The position numbers were made by a program, and so were the translations under genes. From Haliotis rufescens (Eukaryota), in contig NW_025964361.1 of NCBI RefSeq assembly GCF_023055435.1, forward strand, positions 38,378,001 through 38,442,000: a stretch of DNA of 64,000 nt, written 5' to 3'. Below the pieces are notes generated by a model. It was not told the origin of the DNA, did not search any database, and was given only the letters and a program-made list of their open reading frames with translations. Shown here piece after piece: positions 13,002-24,685 of the stretch (positions are counted from its first letter, which is position 1; every line of letters begins with the position of its first letter).

Positions 13002-16000
13002 TTAATTCTTCTTGTCGAAAGGGTTACTCCAAACCTTCATTCCTGTAAATAGAAGATGAGGAATGAGAGAGTAAGTGAGTAGGGTATTAGCAATATTCAA
13101 GCCGTATCACAGTGGTAGTGCCGGTCCACTAGTCCTTATAATGATAATGTTGGGACTTGGTGATGTGTTCCAAGCAAATGTCGTGAAACAAAATTCAACA
13201 GCCAATTGCCAGAGACATTCCAATCGAATTCGCCAGCCCCCAAAGTGGCAGAGTGACTATCACGTTTACACTGACTGTATTTCAAGTGAAAATGCCTTTA
13301 TTGGCATGTTTGACAATATGTAAATGCAATTAATTATAAATAGTGTTGTATTTGTAATTAACACATTCACCTGTTTTATGCTTACCTGTAAATTATTATC
13401 ATCGGTTTAATCAATGTCTAATATCTTAGTATGTATGATTGTATCTGAGAGGGAGGAATGATGTAAGGGAGGTAACTCTAAACCCGGAAGAATTTCTATA
13501 AATAGAACGCAATGGAATGGTTATGTGAGTGTTGTGATGATGTCATCATAGTAATACCGTTGTGTTGACAGTTATGGTTTTGATCTGAACAAGTAAACAT
13601 TGTTTTAGTTTACCGGCGACTTGAGTCTTTTTTCAATAACATATGGCAAAACCCTTAAAAATGGCAAATTTCTACTAGTCTTTATGATACCTTAACTATT
13701 GGGCTGTTTGGCAAGGACTACAGGACTGGTGCCAATTTCTACCACTGTATCAGGGCTGGGACACCAGAAAAAGGCTTCACACATTGTACCCATGATAGGA
13801 ACTGATTCCAGTTTGGGGCATGACAAGAGAACTCTTTGGTTTGGGTTGGTTTGTTGTATAACGCTGCACTCAGCAATATTCCAGCTATATGAAATAATCC
13901 AGTCTTGACCAGACAATCCAGTGATCATGATCATCGATCCACGTAACTGGGTTGCGATGACATGCATCAACCAAGTCAGCGAGCCTGACCACCCGATCCT
14001 GTTAGTCGCCTCTTACAACAAGCATAGTCAGCTTTTACAGCAAACATGGGTTGCTGAAGACCTTTTCTACACTTGGCTACCCAATCACTGCTTTTACAGA
14101 ATACTCCACATTGTGTAGCCTGTTCTACATGTCCTGTGTCAAGATTTGATGTTTCCCAATGATTTCCTTGTGCAGGTAGGTTTTATGGCCTCTTTTAACA
14201 GTGGTAATTAAAAATCAATGTGGCAGCTGTATAATGTTAATGTAGAATGCCCTGAATAATTACTAATAATCAAAGTGGCATAATCAGGGCAGTCTAAGGT
14301 TCATACCCATTTTCAACATATCCTTGCTTGTCTAAGGGACACAACCCAGCAATGCAAATTGTGGTGCTTTCCAAGTCAAGAACAGTGAGAGCATTCTAGT
14401 TTTCATACCTATTTTCAATGTATTTCGAAGGGACACAACTCGGCACAACAAATTGTTGTGCCTTACACCACTGGATGTCCATTGCCTTCCTAGTCGAGAG
14501 CAGTGATAGGATTCTAGTCTTCATACCTATTTTCATCTTATCCTGGCATCTCTAAGGGACACAACTTGGCACAGCAAATTGTTGTGCCTTACACCACTGG
14601 ATGTCCATTGCCTTCCTAGTCGAGAGCAGTGTTGGATTCTAGTGTTCATACCTATTTTCATCTTATCCTGGCATCTCTAAGGGACACAACTTGTCACAGC
14701 AAATTGTTGGCGCTTATGCCACTGGGCCTCCAGTGCTTTCCTAGTTGTTGGCAGTGAGGGGATCCAACAATTAAGACCCTGTCTAGGTCTTGTTTTGACT
14801 GTTGGTCCCCATAAAGGCTCTCCACTAGTGCCTCCTTGATTCTACCAACAGCATTTTACGTTATATGACATGCCCTTAATTGTCCACACCCAAAAAAGCA
14901 AATTTACTATGCCTAAACATACAGTGACTTGTGTCACATTTTCGAAATTACACATTGCCTGGCAACATAGCTCAGATGAGATATGTAAAATGGTGATCAT
15001 CAGGAAGTTGAACAAAAAGAACATCATAAAAACATGAAAGCCAACATAACCTGCATATTTGTTTAACTTTGTGACTTAAACAGTGTCATGGAATTTTTCC
15101 TGTGAAAGATTCATTTTGATTTCACAAAACCTAACACAAAAAGAGACAAAAATAATGATCAAAATTTCATTGAACTGCTAAATAAACCTGCATGTTTTTC
15201 AATTGGCAAAGACTATTAATACTAGAGAAGGTTTTGGGATACACTGTTCCAATTAATAATCATCATATAATGTTTACAAACCTGATGTCTATTTCATTTC
15301 GAGAGTTTGATTTGACTATGCATAGACTCATTAGTTCAGCCTAAATAGACTCCAGAATTCCAGCCTAGTTCGGCAAGGGTAGAAACTAGACTTTTATATG
15401 TAGAATAAAACATGTCAGACTTTTTTTATGAGATTTAAAACCCGAATCCAAGGGAAAACATCGTTAAAATGTTGTGGGTGAAAGTCTCTTGAATTCTGCT
15501 TTATCTAAATCCTATGATGTTAACGAAAATCAACCAATGTTACCATGGTAACACGAAACTTATATTCACCTCCAGGCTGTATAGACTCCCGGTCGATACC
15601 TGCTCTTGCAGTTTTCTGTATTTTCTCTGTAAAAATGATGATGAAAAATTAATTTACCACAACACTACTGCAGACCTTTAAATTTCATTAAATTATCACA
15701 TAAGAAGTATTTTAATAATCACATACATAAGGATGGCTCTAAGCATGTTAAAAGGGAGTGAATGAATTTTGTTTATAGCCAGTCTGCTGATTTCAAGGCT
15801 TGAAAAAAAATTAAGTTCGGGCCAGACAAAGCAATTGTTGAAGGCATGAGTCACAGATTGTAAGCATATGACCCCGCTTAGTCAAATGTTAAGGCAAGCA
15901 GGGAGTATTGGGAACCTATTCTACTCACAAATCTCATTGGGACTGATCAATAACAACAATCCAATAAAAAATTAATTAAATTACACATACTACATATATT

Positions 16001-17175
16001 TGTTAGTCACTATTGTTTGCTTCATGAACTCAAACTTGATTAATTACCATCAATACTGAAAGATTACATTTTCATCCACATTTTCAAAAACTGTAAAGTC
16101 TAGGGCATTAAATTTTTTACAGTTTACTTTCCAAAAAAGGCAAATGAGCACATATACTTTTGACTGATGTGATACACATCAACAAGTCTATTCCAAATGC
16201 AGACACAATTTTGAAATGAGGATTGAGGAACAATGGCTTGTCTGATGTTTAGGGTACCGGGTATCTTTTGGTATTTTGATTTTGGCTAGGGTACATGTCT
16301 GTATACAGACACGTACCTGGGGTACATATCTGTAGTACTTGTGCCAACAACAACCCCTTCAGCACAAATAGACCATGAATGTTTGGTTGGACTACACATT
16401 CTGTAATGTGTTTCTTCAAGAGAGAAGGAAACACACCTAGTGACTTTCGTCGTATAGAGGTAATTTGGGGCAGTACAACAGTGTACAAGGACTTCAGGTC
16501 CGACTGATTCTCACTAAAACTGGTTGCTTGCTTTAGTGACATGTAAGATATAGCACAACTATTTCACGAAACATGTGGTGACGGATTTAAATTGTAAGAG
16601 CTAGTATCCTAAAAAATAGTCATTTTGAAATTTAATTTATGAAAGTGAAAGCGATTACGAATAAAAAAATGGTCTGAGTTATTGATATGCTTTGGTGCAT
16701 ACATTCAAACCGTGAAGATCAAGGTTAGAATATCGCTCTTTAGAAGCCCATGCTTGCCGTAAGGGGCCACTAAAGGAATCGGAGGTCAGACTCGCTGGCT
16801 TGGTTGATGCATGTCATCGTATTGCTTAGATCGATCTCATGATGTCAATAACTGGATTGTCTGGTCCAGACTCGATTATTTACAGACCACTGTAAAATAC
16901 CCGAAATATTGCCGAGCAAGGCGTTAAACAATAAAAAAAACCATACGTTAAACCAAGGACACGCACAAAACAGTAACAGGTGCGCGAAATCCGAAGTAAT
17001 TATGGCTTTCCACATCATTTTGCAAAAACCGGCACATCACTTTGGTTATAAGACACGTACGCCATTCTTCCGGGTGCATGAATGGTTGAACCATGATTGG
17101 ATAAAGCGTAACACATATTCCGCCAACAAGGGCCCCCAGAACGAGCACATTTCGCACACGATATTTTAGCGTCAT
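13002..17175 (-). CDS. SMIM20: Small integral membrane protein 20 (MITRAC7 / phoenixin precursor), 70 aa; exons 17175-17061, 15626-15570, 13042-13002
   Basis: Spliced product MTLKYRVRNVLVLGALVGGICVTLYPIMVQPFMHPEEWQKIQKTARAGIDRESIQPGGMKVWSNPFDKKN has the SMIM20 pattern (TM helix, YPI..P, RAGI, QP.G.KVWS.PF). GT-AG introns, both phase 1; AATAAA on - strand at 12830-12825. Confidence 0.93.
13148..13635 (+). mobile_element. Ty3/Gypsy LTR-retrotransposon 3' fragment (integrase-tail remnant, PPT, LTR-like segment) inserted in a MITE
   Basis: RHSNRIRQPPKWQSDY resembles the Gypsy pol C-terminal motif. PPT gagagggaggaa at 13447-13458, TGTAAG at 13462, then TATAAATA and AGTAAA; ATAA flanks both ends. 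Confidence 0.65.
13835..14070 (-). mobile_element. Family D retroposon (duplicated 22-nt hairpin variant)
   Basis: Homology to other copies. Confidence 0.8.
14295..14760. repeat. ~124-bp tandem repeat (3-4 diverged copies) in SMIM20 intron 2
   Basis: Recurrent ttcatacctattttca..aagggacacaact..aaattgttgtgccttacaccactgg..ttcctagtcgagagcagtg. Confidence 0.85.
16709..16935 (+). mobile_element. Family D retroposon, full length
   Basis: ccgtgaagatc..cccatgcttgccgtaaggggccactaa..ctggattgtctggtccagactcg..gcgttaaacaa. Confidence 0.8.
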
Positions 17176-18975
17176 TTTGACTGACACTTGTAGACCGGAA
17201 GGAAGTGGCCTAGATGACATTTCGAAGTAAATGAATGTTGTCAGGCACAAACCTACAGACGTTTTTCACTTCAAAGTTTAGGGACTAAACCCCTATGTAT
17301 CTTTTAATTCAGTTCAAGTTGATTAAATCATTTCATATGAATTGATGTCAACATCTCAAACCAAAACGGCTCGGAAGTGAATTTTTCATGCCTCTGTATA
17401 TCCCTACGCAAAAGCTATTTTCACGAAATAGTGTAATGGTGTATGATCAAGTAATTTATAGTTATTAACTATTTAATGTATGATACATAATGTGTGTGTA
17501 TACAATGGGGACTATACATGGCTTCCATAGAATTTACTGGGGTTAATGTGTGAAGAACTATTTGTTTTTGCGTATTAGTATCAATGTTTTGGAAGTGCTG
17601 TTAGGTCATGTAATCAATCGGCAAAGCAGAAGACGCAGTGTACGGTGCCAAATTGAATGAGGTATACATTGTTGTTACGCCTTGAATTGTATCTGAATAG
17701 AGTATACATAGGCCAGTTTTCGTATACAACTATCGTATTTATGGTTTAATGTTATTTTTATTTATTGACAAAACCTGATCGCAAAGGAATAGCCTTATTC
17801 AGCTAACCACCTGCCTCCTGAAGTCAATGTCATGAAATCTGTATATGGTGTTCACTTCTTGTCATTATATCACACGGATTTTATTAATGATCATTAGCAT
17901 TTTTGGTCAGTTTGCGTGATTATGCTTGATACAGTTCACAAGTCTTCATGTAAAACAGCAATCAACAGTAAGTGGTATGTTTTGTTTGCAAGGGAACAAT
18001 TCTTTCAAGTATTTGTCAAACACAAACACAGAAATGGATAGCATCATCGCAAGGGCAGTGGGCTGAGTGGTTTATTCTGATATCAAAGATGTGTAAGATT
18101 AAGTTGTTATATTTAAGTATCATGTGTATGAGCGAAACATATTGTTCATGTTACTTTTTTTTTAACATGTTCAGCACATGTCAGCGGTGTAGCAGTACAC
18201 TGATCCTAAAAATGTTTCTTTCTTTGGTAAGAATGCATTTTACCCCATACCGACACCATTTCCACAATGTGCAACCTTTTCCAGCCACCAGATTTGGATG
18301 GCTTGCTTAAGTTTTGTCGGGGCATGTTGCCCACACAACAACTTCTAAGTGCTTTCTAAATAAATGAAAATTACTTTATTGTCGGGTCATAGGTTTTCAG
18401 ACATCATACGTTTTCGGACGGCAGTGTTTATTGCGACTTCACATGCTATAACAAGGGGTGTGGCGTCACACAGATATTGTAATTCCTCAGATGATGACCC
18501 GTTTTTAAGATGAAGTCGCCTTTTATAACTGAGTGAGATGTTTTACAGTTGTTCTTGTGATAAGCGAGAAAATTACAAATGTTTCTTAAGTGTCCCATAA
18601 CACTGGGATATGTACGTGTAAAGGGACAGGACGTAGACCATTCTGAAGCTTTGTTTGTAAACAATAGCCGACAACCCCCAAGCATACTCGGCTTCGTTCG
18701 CTTTGTGCCATGACAGTATATTTCTACTCCACTGCCCCCAGCGCGGGTGGACCTGATTTGCAGAATAGCGCATTCATAACATACCATGTACAATTTTTTC
18801 ATATATCAGGGTCTGAGAGCAATGCTATCCTGTTTGCCCGATGTTAAACTCTTAGCGGTCCATGTGCATGTGTGCAAAAATCTTACCTAACTATCCAATT
18901 GAAAATAATTTACTTTAATAATCTTTAAATCTGAAAGCTGGGCTAGTGAATTGTCTTCAGGGCTAGTTAATTAAG

Positions 18976-19133
18976 TGAGTGAGTATGGTTTGACATCGCT
19001 TTAAGCAATATTCCTGCAATAACACGGCATGGGACACCAGAAAGGGGCTTTAAAAATTGTACCTGTCTGGGAAATTGACGCTCTTCGGCGTGACAAACGA
19101 TCGCTTCAACCACTTAGTTACCCCACCGCCCCC
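18976..19133 (-). mobile_element. SINE family A
   Basis: Matches other copies; TSD agttaattaag. Confidence 0.88.
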
Positions 19134-19252
19134 AGTTAATTAAGAGTGATCACTAGTGTTTGAGTCTTGTGCAAGAAATATCCAGCTGTCATTTCCTGTA
19201 TTTTGATTTCTAATTCAGCCTAAGATTTTTACATTCTTGATCACCAAGGTGA

Positions 19253-19419
19253 GGGGCGGTCGGGTAGCCTAGTGGCTAAAGCATTTGCTCATCATGCCAT
19301 AGACCCAGGTTTGATTCTCCACAAGGGTACAATATGTGAAGCCCACTTCTTATGTCCCTTGCCGTGATACTGCAGCAATATTGCTAAAAGCAGCGTAAAA
19401 ACCTACTCACTCACTCACT
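19253..19419 (+). mobile_element. SINE family A
   Basis: GGGGCGGTCGGGTAGCCTAGTGG head, (ACTC)n tail, TSD acca[a/t]ggtga. Confidence 0.88.
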
Positions 19420-19505
19420 ACCATGGTGAACTACATCTACTTTTGGTTTAATAGTTTAAGAAAAGATTGATCATGTCATATACATGTATGTCATTTATAA
19501 AAACT

Positions 19506-19659
19506 CAGCGTTAGAAATTGGCACTTGTCCTATAGTCCTTGCCAAACTGCCCAATAATTAAGGTATCATAAGGAGTAGTAGAAATTTGCCATTTTTAAGG
19601 GTTTTGCTAAATGTTATCATTATAAAGACTTGTATACTAAAAGTTACTTTCTACTGCTG
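19506..19659. mobile_element. ~155-bp MITE-like element (CAGC..TAGAAA TIRs); other copies at ~13120-13750 and 29261-29702
   Basis: Three homologous copies in the window; this one is uninterrupted. Confidence 0.7.
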
Positions 19660-20954
19660 GATACTGTAAAAAAATTACTTTTACTAGAGATGGGTTTTGA
19701 AGGTATTCATTCATCACCATATTTTACCATGCACAAGGCTGTATTGTGATACGAATCACACTATATTACATAATTCTAAATTTTGAATTCAGAAGACATT
19801 TGAAACACTATTGTGAATTGAAGTTCATAAATGGAACAAAACAAGATGCTGGAACAACATAATGTTTACTAATTCAATAAACATGCACAAATGCACTATC
19901 GGGATACACACTCTGGGTATTTGGCAAGTTCTTAACATGAAACACATAATAAAAACTGGTATTTGAAATAACCCGATATACCGAGCATTGAAAAATGATA
20001 TTGTGATACAGTTGAAAGGGTGAACCTCAATATAAGGATACACTGGTAATACCTTCCACCCTTTACTTTTATCCAATCAATTTCACTTTTGTGAATAAAG
20101 TATCACATGAATATATGGTTGCTGATTATGTTCCTGTTACTGAATTTTGCCAACTACAGACTGTTCCAAGTACTTTTTAGAGGTTTTATTATAAACTGGG
20201 GATACACAATACATGTTGCAATATGCATGAGAGCTTGGTCACAATTGTCCAGATTCACAATATGCCATATCTTTTCTTCTTTCAGGGTAACTGGGTTAGT
20301 CCACTAACATTTCTGTATCTCTGTGTCCATCAGTGTTTGATATTAAAATAGACAGACAGTTTGATATGAAACTGACATCTTTATGATTTATGCATTAGTT
20401 TATTATAATTATTGGTTCCTTTTACTTGATATTGGCAATAGATTGATGTTAAAGCACAGTTTCTGTCTAATATGACAGCACGTTGCACAGTGAAACACAA
20501 TCATAGGGTGTCATGGTTCACCGGTCAGGGATTTATCAGGATTCTAAACTAAGTGCCCATGGGAGACAAATTTGGGAAAAAACTTGTTTTGTTCAAGCCA
20601 AACATTAAAAGCCTCTTCTTGTTTATTGTCCCTGGTATCTGTGAAATGCACCTCTGCAGCACAATAAAATGGGTTACAAATTTATAATTCCAATCTGGGA
20701 ATTGTTACTGACATTTGAACAGTCTTAGTGCTAAATATTTGCCTCTGAACAGGTCTAGATAAATCCCTGCCTGTACATTTGTGAAACTATTAATGATCAT
20801 TAATTTGAATGTATGACAGTATGATATGTGATATGCTTTTCTATGTATTCATTCATATTCTAATTCTTTACTCATACATGATATAAGCTGCTGATAAGCA
20901 GTAATGACTGTTGACAAATACAGTGACCTTTCACCTCCACATTGTGTCCTGCTC

Positions 20955-21486
20955 CATCTTCCTGGGGCAAGTGAGTCAACTGACTATAAAAGTCCAGTTT
21001 CCACCCTTGCCGAACTAGGCTGGTATTATGGAGTTGCATTTTGGCTGGACTTTGCATAGTCCAATCAAAATCGCGCTCCGAAATCGAAATCCGGTTCGTA
21101 AACTGTCATGCAGATTTCGGTTGATTGCAGGATTTGCTAAGCAAACTCGCTGACTCGTCAACAGATATATTCTAAATCTTTTCATGTTTTTAATCAAGGT
21201 GCTCACGTGATTTGATGCACTTCACGATGTAAGACTCGTTTTATCACAATATATAGATCTTGATTATCGATCAGATCATCTTGACTGGGCGTCACAGTTT
21301 TTTTTGAACCAAATGCAAGTGATATGAGAGGTGGAATCTGATTGGTCCATAGGAGAGGTATAGAAGGGACATAACTAGTAATAGCCACTGGTGGCGCTAC
21401 GATTGAGCCCAGGAATTCCAGCATAGTTCGGCAAGAGTGGAAACTGGACTTTTAAAGTCAGTTAACTCTCTTGCCTCGGGAAGATG
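20955..21486. mobile_element. Non-autonomous DNA transposon with ~70-bp TIRs and TSD gtcctgctc
   Basis: TIR catcttcc.g.ggcaag.gagt.aactgact.taaaagtccagtttccac.cttgccgaacta.gctgg at both ends; partial copy near 15350-15395. Confidence 0.85.
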
Positions 21487-24400
21487 GTCCTGCTCCAGTG
21501 AATCATGTTTTACTGAAACCACAAGACCCATGTCCTACAAGGGGTACATAAGTTATCATGTTTATGAAAATTGATATTTTATGGGCATTTCTTGTGGGCT
21601 TAGCTTGCTTTGAGACTTTCCAAATATGTGAGTTCCACTCTGACACTCCTGTCTCAAACACTGATGTTGAGATCAACTTGATCAAGTCATGAATATTTGT
21701 TTGTAGTAATTATGGTTATCATAGTTATAGTCACATTTCAGTGAGCTCAGTGGATGCTATTACAAATATGACATATAAAAGAAAATGAAATTCAATTTAT
21801 CATGTTACACCAATTTGATAATCAAGATCATACATCATGACTTGACTTACAAATGCTAACAATTCTCATTATATATGATCATATCACTGCTAGTGCTTTT
21901 CAGTGAACTCTTGACATAGATGTTTCCTTCTTTTCAAACTCTGAAACTCATTACATCACAGAATGTTTGGGCCCCCAACACAAATGCCCACGGTACCCCT
22001 TTTTCTTACAACCACAGACAACTGACTTTTGAGTTACACAGTAGCTTTATTGTGCACATTAATTTACTAAAATCCATTATCACAAACTATCAGCAGGACT
22101 ATCAGGAGTTTGATATTCTGATTTAAGGTGAGTCAATTCTCGTTGCCTTCAGCAAGTTCAGCAGATCACATGAAATGTTACCATTAGCAGCATGATAAAG
22201 AACCTAAGGGTACAATAATGGGTTTGTATGTAGTGTTCATGTAAACACCATAAGGCACTACCCACTGTTACTGTAGTCATAGCTGGGCCGCTGTGTGCAG
22301 AGCAAATTACATGAATCATATATAACTTCTACTAGCTGCCTGGTTCTATTCAGCATGCAGCAATTATTTGTGACCTTTCTCTTGTTTGATTTAATGAATA
22401 GCGATAATCATTCCATTGAGCAACAAGTTTCTGGCTGACACATACATGCATTTGTCTGCTTGAAGAAGACTATGTGGCATCAAGTTATTGTGATATATCA
22501 TTTGTGAATTGGAAATATTGAAACAACAATGGGACAGTTTCTTGGTATGTTGTTTTATTCCTCTTGATCAGATCACATAGTGTTTGGCCTGGTGTTCCGC
22601 ATATTTCTTGTATGTCGTGTGTCGCCATGTTTTATTTAATAATAGTAGTGTAATCATGGTAATGGTGATATTCACATAATTTGTAGATGGTCTGTTTCAG
22701 TGCTTTGTAATATTCCATCTTTGTTTAGTTTTAAGAATTACGCTGATTATACACAATATTTTTTGTTCATTTACTTGCTTTTCTGTTCAAAATAATTTTG
22801 TTTATATAGATAGGCATGTTAATGTTAGCAGTTAGATTTATAACCATATATGAGACTTACGTTGATGTAGTGAAATCACATAATCTCAAATTTGAAAACT
22901 TCACTACACATGGAATTAATGGTCCTGTTATATAAGTAGTCCCTTTCAAAATTGTGTCTCCTTACAATAGCTTGTTTGTCTGAATTTGACCACCACATTT
23001 GGCTGCCTCACTTGGAATTGAGCCATGTGCCATGAGCTCACTACACATACTTTATATTAATTATGATACTTCATACTCAATATACGTTTTGAGTACCTGT
23101 GACAGTTCTCTAAATTAATTTTGAAAAGCATGGATCCTCAACATCATGATCATAAGCCTAATAATCCTACGCTTAAATTTAGGGGGTTGCTAGATTCAGA
23201 TATTACAGCAAGTTATCACAGAAACATGGATTCTTTGTGGTGCAAGCCATTCAAACACCACTTTATTTGTATGACACTTAATGTTTGTCTTACATCAATC
23301 TCACCGTTAATGGTAATCCTAATCATGCTAATTACACTGAGACAGTATCTCAGTTACACAAAGGCACTTAGTGTGACAAATTACAATGCCTCGACATATG
23401 GGCTGGAAATAGAAAACATGCAGTGGAACAAAACCTGTAAAAGATTTCAGACTTGTTGACTGGAAATTGGATAGGGAGGTCAGGCTCTGTGACTGGGTTG
23501 ATTGAATATCATCCTTACCTGTAGGTATGGGTAATTACTGATTCTATCAGTCACTAAATGACTTGTTTGCCTGGCTGAGACACAGATTTTACATTGGCTG
23601 CTGTGATAGATGGAATATTGCTGATTTAGGCATAACAGAATAAACAGCATGGTTTTGCTTCTTTACAAGTTACCTGATGTATTCATATAAGTATGTGTTC
23701 ATTTGCTGACACAACAAACTGTCATTTGTCTGAAGTTGTGGATCTGCAATGTACCTGATAACTATTTGCAGTAGAAATTGCGGAAAAAAGCTCAGACTGA
23801 TGAATAATTGTGGGCTTATTTTATGCAAAAAGGCAGAATATGGGAAAGAATTAAGTTTACATGCAAAAAAAATAGTACACTACGTTAATTTTACCATTTT
23901 TGACATGTTACACTGTTGACTTGTAATTTGATAGATTGTATTGAACAGATGTCGTTTTGGGGTTGGTTAGTCAGTGATAATGAATATGTAAATTTTTTTT
24001 ATGACAATAACTGGCATGAAATAATGACATGCAAACAAATTAAAGTAATTCAAATAATGATGCTTGCTATTGAAGTCTGATTTCTGAAAATGCCCCACTG
24101 GCATCAATGTTCTCCGTCCCAATTAACATCAGTATGGGGTAATGGATTACTGTGATTATACTTGTCATGAGCTCAATTGTTAAAAGTGAATTAATTAATC
24201 AATATGAACTAGCTTGAAACTAGGTAAACTGGAGCTGATTGTAATGAGAGAATTCCATTAGAGTATGAAAAAGGCTCAGTGTTCTGCATTCTGATCATTG
24301 TCCTAATCAATAAGCATCATAAGCCACTATTTGCAGTCATTTACAGGTTTGTTTTTACTATTTAATCTATAATCTCATTATCTCAACATGGTATATTGAT

Positions 24401-24685
24401 CAGTTGGAGCTGATTTTCACACTTTCCTAATTCTGACTACCGTAGTAATAACATCTGAGATTTATTTCTGATTGTGTTTGTTTACGATCACATGGCTAGC
24501 CTGTATTGACGTGTTGACTTGATCGTGCTCATAGGTAAGTCAAACTAATCAAGCTTATCTTCATATTGGAATATATCTATACACTATTCATGTTTTATTT
24601 TTCATGTCAATAATGAGAGACATATATTGTATTAGCCACCAAACTAAGTTTCATTTGGACTAACAGGACATATTTTCTTGCAGGC

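Noticed and set aside
16948-17250. 100-aa ORF as a complete gene
   Set aside because: Only 17175-17061 is SMIM20 exon 1; the rest is UTR and intron read-through.
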